Source of the DNA: an uncultured Clostridia bacterium
GTDB taxonomy: Bacteria > Bacillota > Clostridia > Christensenellales > UBA1242
Direction: 5' to 3'
Assembly: GCA_944383405.1 (NCBI GenBank)
Contig: CALWPL010000006.1
Location: 10,127 to 74,126, forward strand
DNA length: 64,000 nt
The notes under the pieces are model-generated. The model saw only the letters and a list, made by a program, of their open reading frames with translations. It was not told the origin of the DNA and did no database searches. The translations under genes and the position numbers were made by a program. Of this stretch, positions 7,784-17,745 are shown piece by piece (positions within the stretch are counted from its first letter, which is position 1; each line of letters starts with the position of its first letter).

Positions 7784-10414
7784 TTGAACGAAGAAAGTAG
7801 AAAAGAAAAGCAAAATATTAATAACATTAAAGAATTGTATAACTTATCAAAAGAAAAACAGATGCACAGCCTTTTTCATGAAGTTAAAAGGGTTAAGTTT
7901 GATGCTTTCAATTTAGCAAAAAAGTTTATAGATGAACTTCATGAAACAAGGCGGCGACAGGAAGAAAGGTTAAGGCTTGATAGTTTACAGGAAGGATTAA
8001 AACAGCAAGTAGAACAAAATGAATCTTTTGCTGATCTTTTTGCTGAGGCAAATGGAGAAAAAAAGAATGTAGTTGTTGAGGAAAAAAATAAAGAAGTTTC
8101 AAAAAGTGTTACTGAGGTTTCATCTCCAATAGAAAATAAAATTGAAGTGAAAAATGTTCAACCTAAGCCAACTAAGCAAACTTCTCAATTTGTTCCACAA
8201 AGACCATATACTCCAAAGTATTCAAATGATCAAAAGCAGGGCATGAGACAAAATAGTTATAATAATAAATTTACAAATAATTTGGCAAATAGGCGTCCAT
8301 TTGATAATAGGCAGCCATATAATAAAACAGGTCAAAATAATACAAAATTTCAAAATCAACAGCGTCCATTTAGAACTACAAGTGGAGTAGTTAATAGCCA
8401 AAATAGAGCACTTATGGGCATTATTCCTAAGAAAAGCAATAATTTAACTTCTGCGACTACAGCTTTTGCCACAAAAGAAAGAAATTTTGGAAATAAAAAG
8501 AAATCTTTTGATAGACCAGGAGAAGAAGATAGAAGAATAAATAAGAAATCACTTCTTAGAAGAGGTCTTATTGAAGAAAAGAATATTGAAGAAAGAATGG
8601 TTTCAAGAAAGTTAAAACTTAAAAAACCTAAGGTTGAAGTTGCGCCTGTTGTTCATGCACCTATTACTAATGCAGTGATTACGACTCCAAATTTGACGGT
8701 TAAAATATTGTCAGAAAAAATTGGTAAGCCTGTAACAGAAATTATGAAACAACTTATGATTCTTGGTGTAATGGCAACTATTAACAGTACTATTGATTTT
8801 CAGACGGCAGAAATCGTTGCAAGTGAGTTGGGGGTTACTCTTGAGTTAAAGTTAGAAAAAACATATGAAGAAAAATTAAAGGAAGATGCTTTACTTGATG
8901 ATGGTAAGAATACTGAGAAGAGAGCGCCAATAGTAACTATTGTTGGTCATGTTGACCATGGAAAGACATCTCTTTTAGATTATATAAGAAAGACTCATGT
9001 TACGGCGCATGAGGCAGGCGGTATTACGCAGGCAATTGGTGCTTATTCTATTAATTGGAAGGGAGAAAATATAACTTTTATAGATACTCCTGGTCATGAA
9101 GCGTTTATTAATATGCGTAAAAGAGGTACAGAAATAACTGATATTGCAATCTTAATTGTTGCAGGTGATGATGGAGTAAAACCACAGACAGTAGAGGCGA
9201 TTAAGCATATTAAAGAAGCAAAAGTTCCAATGATAGTCGCAATAACTAAAATTGACAAACAAAATGTTGATATTGATAGGATAAAACAGCAACTTACAGA
9301 ACAAGAAGTTTTGCCAGAAGAATGGGGTGGAGACGCAATAATTGTACCAGTTTCATCGGTTACTGGCGAAGGTATAGATAAGTTGCTTGAAACAATTTTA
9401 CTAGTTGCTGAAATGCAGGAATTAAAATGTAACAGGGAACGCAATGCCGTAGGAACGATTATTGAGGCTAGACTTGACAAAAACAGAGGTCCGATTGCAA
9501 ATGTTATTGTAAGAAATGGTACGCTTAAAATTGGGGATAGTATAGTGTCTGGGTTTGCACTTGGTAAAGTTAGGGCTTTGATTGATGATAAAGGTCGTAC
9601 AGTTACAAAGGCTGGTCCTTCAATGCCAGTATCAATTTTAGGTTTTGATAGCGTTCCAAGCGCAGGAGATTCAATGCAGGTTGTTGATGAGAAATTTAGT
9701 AAGAATGTTATTGAAGAAAGGCGAATTAGAATGGCTCAAGAAAAGATCGAAAATGGGCCAGCGAATAGTCTTGATGAGTTCTTAGCGACTCCAATGCAGG
9801 AAGATAAGAAAAAACTTAATTTGATTATAAAAGCAGATAATCAAGGTTCGGCAGAGGCACTTAGACAAAGTTTAGGTGGAATTTATAATGAAGAAGTAAA
9901 AGTTGAAATAGTTTCTTGCGGAGTTGGAAATATAAACGAAAATGATATTCAACTTGCGAAAGTTTCAAATTCACTTATCGTATCTTTTGCGACAAAAGTG
10001 TTGTCAAAAATTTCAAATTATGCAAAGCAAAATAAAGTTGAAATAAGAGAGTATAATATAATTTACAAGGCTATTGAAGACATTGAAAAAATTGCAAAAT
10101 CTATGATGACTCCAAAATTTGAAGAAAAAGTCGTTGGGCATGCAGAAGTTAGAGCACTATTTAAAATTAGTAGTATTGGTACAGTTGCAGGAAGTTATGT
10201 TTTAGATGGTAAGATTGTGAGGGGAGCGATTGTAAGAATATTAAGGAATGATGAGCAAATTTTTGAAGGCAAAATTGCGACTTTAAAGAGAGAAAAGGAT
10301 GACGCAAAAGAAGTATCCGCAGGTTATGAGTGCGGTATAAAAGTAGATAATTTCAACGAAATTCAAGTTGGAGATAGAATTGAATGTGTCGTTAAGGAGC
10401 AGATAATAGACTAG
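7784..10414 (+). CDS. infB: translation initiation factor IF-2
   Basis: TTG start 8 nt after AGGAG. GTPase motifs GHVDHGKTS, DTPGHEAF, TKID. Long Q/N/K-rich N-terminal region. Confidence 0.97.
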   Translation: MNEESRKEKQNINNIKELYNLSKEKQMHSLFHEVKRVKFDAFNLAKKFIDELHETRRRQEERLRLDSLQEGLKQQVEQNESFADLFAEANGEKKNVVVEEKNKEVSKSVTEVSSPIENKIEVKNVQPKPTKQTSQFVPQRPYTPKYSNDQKQGMRQNSYNNKFTNNLANRRPFDNRQPYNKTGQNNTKFQNQQRPFRTTSGVVNSQNRALMGIIPKKSNNLTSATTAFATKERNFGNKKKSFDRPGEEDRRINKKSLLRRGLIEEKNIEERMVSRKLKLKKPKVEVAPVVHAPITNAVITTPNLTVKILSEKIGKPVTEIMKQLMILGVMATINSTIDFQTAEIVASELGVTLELKLEKTYEEKLKEDALLDDGKNTEKRAPIVTIVGHVDHGKTSLLDYIRKTHVTAHEAGGITQAIGAYSINWKGENITFIDTPGHEAFINMRKRGTEITDIAILIVAGDDGVKPQTVEAIKHIKEAKVPMIVAITKIDKQNVDIDRIKQQLTEQEVLPEEWGGDAIIVPVSSVTGEGIDKLLETILLVAEMQELKCNRERNAVGTIIEARLDKNRGPIANVIVRNGTLKIGDSIVSGFALGKVRALIDDKGRTVTKAGPSMPVSILGFDSVPSAGDSMQVVDEKFSKNVIEERRIRMAQEKIENGPANSLDEFLATPMQEDKKKLNLIIKADNQGSAEALRQSLGGIYNEEVKVEIVSCGVGNINENDIQLAKVSNSLIVSFATKVLSKISNYAKQNKVEIREYNIIYKAIEDIEKIAKSMMTPKFEEKVVGHAEVRALFKISSIGTVAGSYVLDGKIVRGAIVRILRNDEQIFEGKIATLKREKDDAKEVSAGYECGIKVDNFNEIQVGDRIECVVKEQIID

Positions 10415-10423
10415 GGGGACAGA

Positions 10424-10783
10424 GTGTCAAATAGAATTGAGAAAGGTAACTCGCTTTTACAAAAGAGTTTATCGGAAATATTATTAAATGAACTAAATGA
10501 CCCAAGACTCACTGGCGAAATGGTAACAATATCAAGGGTTTCGTTATCAAGCGATTTGAAATATGCAAAGGTTTATTTAAGTTTATTTGGCAATCATAAT
10601 GAAAAAGAAATTCTTGAAACCATAAAAAACGCAAGTGGGTATATTAGGGGGTTGCTTGCAAAAAAAGTTAAATTTAGGGTTTTGCCTACTCTTGACTTTG
10701 TTGTAGATGATAGCATGGAATATAGCCAAAAAATTAATGACTTATTAAAAAACATACATTATAGTAATGAAGACGAGAAATAA
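10424..10783 (+). CDS. rbfA: ribosome-binding factor A
   Basis: GTG start after GGGGGA; 119 aa with RbfA-like sequence; lies directly after infB. Confidence 0.93.
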   Translation: MSNRIEKGNSLLQKSLSEILLNELNDPRLTGEMVTISRVSLSSDLKYAKVYLSLFGNHNEKEILETIKNASGYIRGLLAKKVKFRVLPTLDFVVDDSMEYSQKINDLLKNIHYSNEDEK

Positions 10784-10975
10784 GTAAAATTATTTTGTTT
10801 AGCATATTTATTAGATAGATTTTATATTCAGAAAGATTTAGAAAAGAAGATTAAGTTGTTTTAATTTATGCAAAAATAATTTTAAAATTTTAATGTAGTG
10901 AATGGAAATTAAGAGTTTTAAAGATTGCAATTTACAAAAGTGGTTACTTCAATATACTATACAGTGGAGAAAATA

Positions 10976-11944
10976 ATGAAGGATATTTTAGATATAATAA
11001 ATAAATTTAATTCTTTTGCCCTGTTTTGTCATGTAAGTCCAGATGCTGATGCTCTTGGGTCAATGAATGCTCTTAGGCTTGTGCTTAAAAAAATGAACAA
11101 GAAGGTATTTGCTTATTGTGATGGTAAAGTTCCAGACAATATTTCATTTTTAGATGTCAAGTTAGAAGAAAATGAAAAACATATACAACAAGTTGAAGTT
11201 TGTATTATGCTTGATTGCAATGCACCAAGTAGAGTTGGAAAATATGCAGGTCTTTTTGATAATGCAAAAATTAAGGTTGTTATTGACCACCATCAAAAAT
11301 CTGATTATGAGTTTACTTATAGTTTAATAGATATAAATAGTCCAAGTACTTGCGATTTACTATATGAAATAATAAAAGAATTAAATGTTCCTATTAATTC
11401 TCAAATTGCTTTAAATCTATATGCAGGGCTATCATCTGACACTGGTGGATTTATTCATTCATCAACTAATGCAATGAGCCACAAACATGCATATGAGTTG
11501 TTAAATTATAATTTTGACCTTGAAATGGTCAATTACAATATGTTTAAATATAAACAAAGTAATTATTTGTTTTTTTACAAAACAGCACTTAGGAATACTA
11601 AACCTTATTTAAATGGTAAAATATATGTTACTTTTTTTAATAATAAGGCATACAAAAAGTACGAAAATATTTGTGAGAACCCAACCGCCTTTCATTTTTT
11701 AGATGGAATTGAAGGGAATGAAATTAGAGTGCGGATTATTGAAAAAGAAAAAGATGTTTATTCTATCAGTCTTAGGTCTAATAAGTATGCAAATGTGTGC
11801 AACATTGCTCGTGAATTTGGTGGAGGAGGACACATTAGGGCAGCAGGTTGTACTTCAAATGAATTTTTTAAAGATATTTTGGGTAAAATACTTGATTCTT
11901 GCCAGAAAGAGTTAGAGAGAAGTCAAAATGATAGGAATAGTTAA
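10976..11944 (+). CDS. nrnA: DHH/DHHA1 phosphoesterase (NrnA-type oligoribonuclease/pAp phosphatase)
   Basis: HVSPDADALGS, DHH (VVIDHHQ) and GGGGH motifs. ATG at 10976 follows GTGGAGA; the ORF-track TTG at 10925 is less likely. Confidence 0.85.
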   Translation: MKDILDIINKFNSFALFCHVSPDADALGSMNALRLVLKKMNKKVFAYCDGKVPDNISFLDVKLEENEKHIQQVEVCIMLDCNAPSRVGKYAGLFDNAKIKVVIDHHQKSDYEFTYSLIDINSPSTCDLLYEIIKELNVPINSQIALNLYAGLSSDTGGFIHSSTNAMSHKHAYELLNYNFDLEMVNYNMFKYKQSNYLFFYKTALRNTKPYLNGKIYVTFFNNKAYKKYENICENPTAFHFLDGIEGNEIRVRIIEKEKDVYSISLRSNKYANVCNIAREFGGGGHIRAAGCTSNEFFKDILGKILDSCQKELERSQNDRNS

Positions 11945-12788
11945 TATAAACAAGCCAAAGGGAATTTCTTCAAGTAAAGTTGTTCTTGCTATTAAACATT
12001 TAATTAATGAAAAGAAAGTTGGGCATTTAGGAACACTTGACCCATTGGCAAGCGGAGTTTTACCTATTGCGATTGGCAGGGCGACAAGATTATTCGACTT
12101 TTTTTTAAAAAAAAGTAAGACTTATATTGCAACTTTTAGATTTGGGATAGAGACTGATACACTAGACTTAGAAGGAAATGTTATTAAAACTAGTGAAAAT
12201 ATCCCAAGTAAAAGTCAACTAGATATAGCGGTTAAAAGTTTTTTGGGGAATATTTTGCAAATGCCACCAATATATTCTTCTAAAAAGATTAATGGACAAA
12301 CTGCATACAAATTGGCAAGAAAAGGTCAAAATATTGACCTAAAACCTTGCAATATACATATTTACAAATTTAAAGTATTAAGAAAAATAGATGAAGTAAC
12401 ATTTGAATTTCTTATTGATTGTTCAAGCGGTACATATATAAGAGCACTTGCAAGGGATTTAGGGGAAAAGGTTTTTAGTTGTGCGACTATGACTAGTTTA
12501 ATTAGAATTAGAAGTGGTGGTTTTGACATAAAAAATGCACTAGATTATGATAAATTAAGCGCTGAAAACATTAGTAAAAATCTAATTCCACTTGAAAAAG
12601 TGTTAGAAGAATTTAAGAAAGTTGAAATTTCAAAAGACATATATTTTAAGTTAAAAAATGGGCAAAAGATTAATTTAGAAAAATTTATATGTAAAAACGA
12701 AAATTATGTAGTAGAATGTGATGGTAGAATTGTAGGTATTGGTAAAAAAACAGATAACTACTTTAAAATAACAACATATTTAGAATAG
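11928..12788 (+). CDS. truB: tRNA pseudouridine-55 synthase
   Basis: GHLGTLDPLASGVLPIAIGRATR catalytic Asp motif; synteny after rbfA. Confidence 0.95.
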   Translation: MIGIVNINKPKGISSSKVVLAIKHLINEKKVGHLGTLDPLASGVLPIAIGRATRLFDFFLKKSKTYIATFRFGIETDTLDLEGNVIKTSENIPSKSQLDIAVKSFLGNILQMPPIYSSKKINGQTAYKLARKGQNIDLKPCNIHIYKFKVLRKIDEVTFEFLIDCSSGTYIRALARDLGEKVFSCATMTSLIRIRSGGFDIKNALDYDKLSAENISKNLIPLEKVLEEFKKVEISKDIYFKLKNGQKINLEKFICKNENYVVECDGRIVGIGKKTDNYFKITTYLE

Positions 12789-12801
12789 AAAGGAGAAAAA
12801 A

Positions 12802-13650
12802 TTGATTAAGTTTGGTCCATCAGGGAATTGTGATTTATTTTATGAACAGGGATATAAATCTAGTTTAGAAGCACCACTTTGGATAAAAAATAGGGGGCTT
12901 AATGCTTATGAATACTCTTTTTCTCGTGGATTTACTATGAGTGAGTTTACTGCAAAGACGCTTGGGGAAAAGTGTAAGGAAAATGATATTGAAATAAGTA
13001 TTCACGCACCATATTATATAAATCTTGCAAGCCCTGACCCGAGTAAAGTTGAAAAATCATTTAATTATATAATAAATTCAATAAAATATTTAAAAATACT
13101 TCAGGGTAAGCGTTGTGTTTTTCATCCAGGTTCGTGCGGAGATATGGACAGAGAAGAAGCCTTTTCTCTTCTTAGAAAAAACATGAAAGAACTTGTTAAA
13201 AGAATTGAAAAGGAAAATTTTGATTTTGAATTTTTATTATGTCCCGAGACAATGGGGAAAAGTCAACAGTTAGGGACTTATCAGGAAATTGGCGAGATTT
13301 GTACATATGCAGACTATCTTATTCCGACGCTGGATTTTGGGCATATAAATTCGCTTTTACAAGGTAAATTAAAAACCGAATCAGATTTTGAAGAAATTTT
13401 TAAATTTTTAATTGACAAAATAGGCTTTAATAAAGTAGAAAAAATACATATACATTTTTCAAAAATTGAGTATGGGAAGAAAGGGGAAATAAAACACCTT
13501 ACTTTTGATGACAAGATTTACGGACCTGAGTTTGAACCACTTGCAAGAGTAATAAAAAAACTTAAATTAAATCCGGTAATTATTAGTGAATCAAGAGGGA
13601 CTCAGGCAGAGGATGCAAATCAAATGAAAAAAATTTATGAAAGTATTTAA
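12802..13650 (+). CDS. AP-endonuclease family 2 (endonuclease IV-like) TIM-barrel protein
   Basis: TTG start after AAAGGAG. The IHAPYYINLAS and VFHPGS blocks match the HAPY.IN / HPG metal-site blocks of Nfo-type proteins. Confidence 0.7.
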   Translation: MIKFGPSGNCDLFYEQGYKSSLEAPLWIKNRGLNAYEYSFSRGFTMSEFTAKTLGEKCKENDIEISIHAPYYINLASPDPSKVEKSFNYIINSIKYLKILQGKRCVFHPGSCGDMDREEAFSLLRKNMKELVKRIEKENFDFEFLLCPETMGKSQQLGTYQEIGEICTYADYLIPTLDFGHINSLLQGKLKTESDFEEIFKFLIDKIGFNKVEKIHIHFSKIEYGKKGEIKHLTFDDKIYGPEFEPLARVIKKLKLNPVIISESRGTQAEDANQMKKIYESI

Positions 13651-13662
13651 GGAGATGAAAAA

Positions 13663-14400
13663 ATGTCAGGACATTCAAAATGGCACAATATTCAAGCAAC
13701 AAAAAATAAGGCAGACGCAGCAAGGGGAAAAATTTTTACAAAAATAGGTAGAGAAATTGCTGTTGCAGTTAAAATGGGCGGAGCGGATCCAAACAGTAAT
13801 GCGAAATTAAGAGATGTTATTTCAAAAGCAAAACAAAATAATATGCCTAATGATAATATTCAAAGGAGTATAAAAAAGGCTAGCGGAGAATTAAATTCTG
13901 TAAACTATGAAGAAATTAGTTATGAAGGATATGGCATTGGTGGAAGTGCAGTAATGGTAAAATGCCTTACAGACAACAAAAATAGGACGGCAGGAGATGT
14001 AAGACATGCTTTTGATAAGCATGGCGGAAGTTTAGGCTCTCTTGGTTGTGTTTCGTATCTATTTGACAATAAGGGAGTTTTGATATTAGAAAAATCTGAT
14101 AAGATAGATGAAGACGCTCTAATTGATATGTGTCTTGAAGCAGACGCAGAAGATGTTATTAATGATGAAGATGTTTTTCAAATTATAACCTCGCCATCAA
14201 ATTTCCATAGTGTTAAGGAAACTCTTGAAGGAAAAGGTTTAGAGTTTTTATCAACAGAGATAACAATGATACCTCAATCGACAGTTGACCTTGATGAAAA
14301 GCAGTTGGCTACATTTTTAAAAATGATAGATGCTCTTGAATCTCTTGACGATGTTCAAGATGTTTATCATAATGTAAATACAGGGGATATGGAAGAGTAA
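13663..14400 (+). CDS. yebC: YebC/PmpR-family transcriptional regulator
   Basis: [12 protein letters not shown]...A.RGKIFTK N-terminal signature; 245 aa. Confidence 0.93.
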   Translation: MSGHSKWHNIQATKNKADAARGKIFTKIGREIAVAVKMGGADPNSNAKLRDVISKAKQNNMPNDNIQRSIKKASGELNSVNYEEISYEGYGIGGSAVMVKCLTDNKNRTAGDVRHAFDKHGGSLGSLGCVSYLFDNKGVLILEKSDKIDEDALIDMCLEADAEDVINDEDVFQIITSPSNFHSVKETLEGKGLEFLSTEITMIPQSTVDLDEKQLATFLKMIDALESLDDVQDVYHNVNTGDMEE

Positions 14401-14449
14401 TAATTTTCTTGCATTAATTAGTACTATGTTTTATAATAATGGTACTAAT

Positions 14450-14525
14450 GGGGGTATAGCTCAGTTGGTAGAGCGTTTGAATGGCATTCAAAAGGTCAGC
14501 GGTTCGAGGCCGCTTATCTCCACCA
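14450..14525 (+). tRNA. tRNA-Ala (anticodon GGC)
   Basis: Hand-folded cloverleaf with acceptor GGGGGTA/TATCTCC, including the G3:U70 Ala identity pair. Anticodon stem TTTGA/TCAAA, loop AT-GGC-AT, TTCGAGG T-loop, encoded CCA. Confidence 0.9.
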
Positions 14526-14531
14526 ATTAAA

Positions 14532-14558
14532 AAGCGACAAGTTATTTGTTGCTTTTTT
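14532..14558 (+). terminator. rho-independent terminator after tRNA-Ala
   Basis: AAGCGACAA pairs with TTGTTGCTT (9 bp, one G:U), followed by a T-run. Confidence 0.55.
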
Positions 14559-14846
14559 ATTATTAAAAAACTTTTATCAAAACTTAGTTATGATACTTAT
14601 TAATAAATAAGATTTTTAAAAAATATTTATGCATAATATTTTTAAGACAAAAATATTATATAGTATTTTAAGTAAAAAGTAAGAACATTGTTTGTTTTTT
14701 TTATTTTAGTATATTGATTAACTTCGTAGAGATAATAAAAAGCGACAAAATTAATTAATTTTTTTAAAAATTTTTACAAAAAGGGTCTATACAATTTAAA
14801 ACTTATGTGATATACTCTTAGAGTTTGAAAAAAGGAGATAAAATAG

Positions 14847-15515
14847 ATGAGAAGACTAGAAAATGATTACGATACATTTTATTTTTTAAATAAAGGAGAA
14901 TTAACGAGTCCTTTTATTGATAGTGAACAAATTGAAGATTCTGTAAGAGATATTTACAAAGAGCAGGTTAAAAAAATGCCAAATGCAAATATGATAACTG
15001 GACTTATTGAATTTGTGCATAGTGTTGTTAAAAATAGAATTAAATTTAATGCAAATAATGTGAATAAATTTAATAGGACTGCGGAAGATGTTTTTGATAG
15101 TAGAAAAACTATTGATGCAAATGATTATACTTTATTATTTGCAACATTTGCTAGACAAATTAGAATTCCTACTACTTGTTTGTTCGCTGTTGAGAAAAAT
15201 AAGATTCAAGATATTGTTACAAGAACTGACCAAAAGGAAGTTTTAACTAAATCGTTTTGTGAATGTTGTTTTGACGACCAATGGATTTTGGTTGATCCAG
15301 AAAAGGGTTTTATTAATTATGAATATAATCCAAATTCAATTAGTGTTTTAGAGGGGAAAAATAAAGAAAAAAGTTATGCTGCATATTATAGGGGACTTGA
15401 TTTTGGAATGAAACAAACCATGGAAGAACTAAGTTCTTTTGAAAAAAGAAAGTGTAAAGGGCTTATTTATGCTTCTTCAGTTGATAGCAATTATTCAAAT
15501 AGAGAATATGTTTAA
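14847..15515 (+). CDS. hypothetical protein, possibly a degenerate transglutaminase-like fold
   Basis: AAGGAG RBS and an extended -10 TGATATACT upstream. The internal blocks DANDYTLLFATFARQIRIP and QWILVDPEKG resemble the Cys- and Asp-containing blocks of transglutaminase-like proteins, but the Cys position is not Cys. Confidence 0.55.
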   Translation: MRRLENDYDTFYFLNKGELTSPFIDSEQIEDSVRDIYKEQVKKMPNANMITGLIEFVHSVVKNRIKFNANNVNKFNRTAEDVFDSRKTIDANDYTLLFATFARQIRIPTTCLFAVEKNKIQDIVTRTDQKEVLTKSFCECCFDDQWILVDPEKGFINYEYNPNSISVLEGKNKEKSYAAYYRGLDFGMKQTMEELSSFEKRKCKGLIYASSVDSNYSNREYV

Positions 15516-15579
15516 TTAAAGAATAGGGAAGGATTTAGGTTGTTTATAAATTATAAATAAAAGACTAAAAAGAAATTTT

Positions 15580-16305
15580 TTAGTCTTTTAATTTATTTTT
15601 AAGTTTATTTAATATTCTATTTTCAAGTCGACTGACTTGAACCTGTGAGACATTTAATATTTTAGCGACTTCACTTTGTGTTTTATCTCTAAAATATCTT
15701 AATATGATTAATTTTTTGTCCTTATTATCAAGTTGATTAATTATGTCTTTTATAATCATTTTATTTAATATTTCATCTTGTTCATTATAATCTGATAATT
15801 TATCAAGTACAACTTGACCTGAGTTTGTTTCTTTATTGAGTGAATCATAAATTGAGACTGGCATTTTAGATGATTCCATTATAAACATAAGTTCTGTTTC
15901 GTCTATATTAAATTTTTCTGATAATTCTTTTATACTTGGCGATTCACGACCATTTTGCTTACATTCATCAATATATTTTTGAATTAAGTAGTATTGACCT
16001 TTAATTGATCTTGAAACTTTAATACTACCATCATCTCTTAAATATCTTTTAATTTCACCTGCAATCATAGGAACGGCGTATGTTGAAAATTTAACATTAT
16101 AACTTTCGTCAAAATTATTAATTGCTTTTACAAAGCCTACGCATCCAAGTTGATATAAATCATCATATTCTACACCTCTATTTTTATATCTTCTTACAAT
16201 GCTTTTTACAAGTGGAGAGTTGTTTATAATAAGTAAATTTTTTGCTTCTTCATCGCCATTTTTTGCTCTTTGTAGTAAATGTAGAGTTTCGTCATAATCA
16301 AGCAC
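15580..16305 (-). CDS. sigF: sporulation sigma factor SigF
   Basis: GTG start after GGGGG. Sigma-70 regions 2-4 are present (YDDLYQLGCVGFVKAI, SQSEVAKILNVSQVQVSRLE). It is the third gene of a spoIIAA-spoIIAB operon. Confidence 0.9.
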   Translation of the reverse strand: MLDYDETLHLLQRAKNGDEEAKNLLIINNSPLVKSIVRRYKNRGVEYDDLYQLGCVGFVKAINNFDESYNVKFSTYAVPMIAGEIKRYLRDDGSIKVSRSIKGQYYLIQKYIDECKQNGRESPSIKELSEKFNIDETELMFIMESSKMPVSIYDSLNKETNSGQVVLDKLSDYNEQDEILNKMIIKDIINQLDNKDKKLIILRYFRDKTQSEVAKILNVSQVQVSRLENRILNKLKNKLKD

Positions 16306-16319
16306 TTTTTAACCCCCGT

Positions 16320-16772
16320 TTATCCAAGTTTTTTAATTTTTTCTTTATTTTCTTGAATATTTTTAGTTAAAGTTACTTTAACTCCGCCACTTCCCATGTT
16401 TTCAACATCAAGGCTGTCCATAAAACTTTCCATGACGGTAAATCCCATTCCACTTCGCTCGTCATCAGGGCGTGTTGTGTAAAAAGGTTGTCTGGCTTTT
16501 TCAAGGTCTTTTATTCCAACACCAAAATCTCTTATTTCAATTTTTAAACTTGAACTATATAAGGTTACAGTAATAATTATTTCTCCGTTTCCGTTTGGAT
16601 AAGCGTGAACGACACTATTGGTTACTGCTTCTGATACGGCAGTTTTTATGTCTGTTATTTCGTCAATTGTAGGGTTTAATTGTAAGCAGAAGCCTGCAAC
16701 AGAAGCCCTTGCAAAACTTTCATTTTCAGATTTCGCTTTAAATTTAATTTCCATTTTGTTTATTTCTTTCAT
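16320..16772 (-). CDS. spoIIAB: anti-sigma F factor (serine protein kinase SpoIIAB)
   Basis: HATPase_c N-box EAVTNSVVHAY and G-box DFGVGI ... SGMGF; AAGGAG RBS. Confidence 0.92.
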   Translation of the reverse strand: MKEINKMEIKFKAKSENESFARASVAGFCLQLNPTIDEITDIKTAVSEAVTNSVVHAYPNGNGEIIITVTLYSSSLKIEIRDFGVGIKDLEKARQPFYTTRPDDERSGMGFTVMESFMDSLDVENMGSGGVKVTLTKNIQENKEKIKKLG

Positions 16773-16787
16773 TTTTTCTCCTTAAAT

Positions 16788-17096
16788 TTATGAAATTTTA
16801 GGCATAATATCATATAGCCCAGTAAGTTTAAATATTTTTTCAGCGTGATATGATGGATTTGATATAAATATGCTGATACCTCTGTCCTTCATTTTTTTGT
16901 ACCTGCCTATTAAGACCCCAATTCCAGTTGAATCCATAAACTTCATTTCTGATAAGTCAATTATTATTTGTTTTGAAATAGTAGATAAAAATAAGTCGTC
17001 CAGCGTCTTGCTTGTGTACTTGGCAGTATGTTCATCTAGTTCGCCAATGAGCATTACATATAATACATTGTTATAATTTCTGTACTTTATCTCCAC
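16788..17096 (-). CDS. spoIIAA: anti-sigma F factor antagonist (STAS domain, SpoIIAA)
   Basis: GTG start after AGGAGG; 102-aa STAS protein with the phosphorylatable FMDSTGIGVL block. Confidence 0.9.
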   Translation of the reverse strand: MEIKYRNYNNVLYVMLIGELDEHTAKYTSKTLDDLFLSTISKQIIIDLSEMKFMDSTGIGVLIGRYKKMKDRGISIFISNPSYHAEKIFKLTGLYDIMPKIS

Positions 17097-17382
17097 TTTT
17101 GTTTCCTCCTTAATAGAACAAAGTTTAAATTAATCTATTAAAAAAAATTTGAGAGAATATATAAAAATTTGTCTTTTTTTATATAGTTGTAGTAAAATTA
17201 TACATTCAATAGTATTTTTATATTGGGTAAAGATAACTCGAAAATTATTTTTTTTATTTTTAAAAAAGAAAATTAGTTTAAAATTAAATAAAAGGTTATT
17301 TATTTTTTTAATGAAAAAATTTATGCAATAAAATGCAAAATAAAAAATAAACAACAAATTTTAAAAAAAATTAAAAATTCTG

Positions 17383-17411
17383 TTGACAATACTTAAAAGA
17401 TATTGTAATAT
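17383..17411 (+). promoter_or_regulatory. sigma-A promoter of the six-tRNA operon
   Basis: Consensus TTGACA (17383-17388), 17-nt spacer, TAATAT (17406-17411), 18 nt before the first tRNA. Confidence 0.6.
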
Positions 17412-17428
17412 TTAAAAGCATTTAAAAA

Positions 17429-17504
17429 CGGGGTGTAGCGCAGTTGGTAGCGCACGTGGTTTGGGACCATGGGGCCGGGAGTTCGAGTCTCTCCACCCCG
17501 ACCA
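17429..17504 (+). tRNA. tRNA-Pro (anticodon UGG)
   Basis: Acceptor CGGGGTG/CACCCCG, anticodon stem CGTGG/CCATG, loop TT-TGG-GA, TTCGAGT T-loop, encoded CCA. Confidence 0.9.
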
Positions 17505-17516
17505 TTTTAAATGTAA

Positions 17517-17593
17517 GGGCCTTTAGCTCAGTTGGTTAGAGCAACCGGCTCATAACCGGTCGGTCCGGGGTTCAAGTCCCTGAAGGCCCACCA
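17517..17593 (+). tRNA. tRNA with CAU anticodon (Met, or more likely Ile2 read via lysidine)
   Basis: Acceptor GGGCCTT/AAGGCCC, anticodon stem ACCGG/CCGGT, loop CT-CAT-AA, encoded CCA. The body resembles Bacillus/E. coli tRNA-Ile2 more than elongator or initiator Met. Confidence 0.85.
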
Positions 17594-17642
17594 AAGCATT
17601 TTTAGTATACTAAAATTGCTTATTGGGGAAATAAATGTTTAT

Positions 17643-17719
17643 GGCTTGGTAGTTCAGTTGGTTAGAACGCCGCCCTGTCACGGCGGAGGTCGAGAGTTCG
17701 AGTCTCTTCCAAGTCGCCA
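17643..17719 (+). tRNA. tRNA-Asp (anticodon GUC)
   Basis: Acceptor GGCTTGG/CCAAGTC, anticodon stem CCGCC/GGCGG, loop CT-GTC-AC, encoded CCA. Confidence 0.9.
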
Positions 17720-17745
17720 TTACGATTTAATCGTAAATCCCTTAG

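Noticed and set aside
17236-17242. A Spo0A box-like heptamer (ACTCGAA versus TGTCGAA) and a sigma-H promoter upstream of spoIIAA.
   Set aside because: The match is only 5 of 7 in an AT-rich region. I could not identify a convincing sigma-H -35/-10 pair by eye, so this is too weak to report as a feature.
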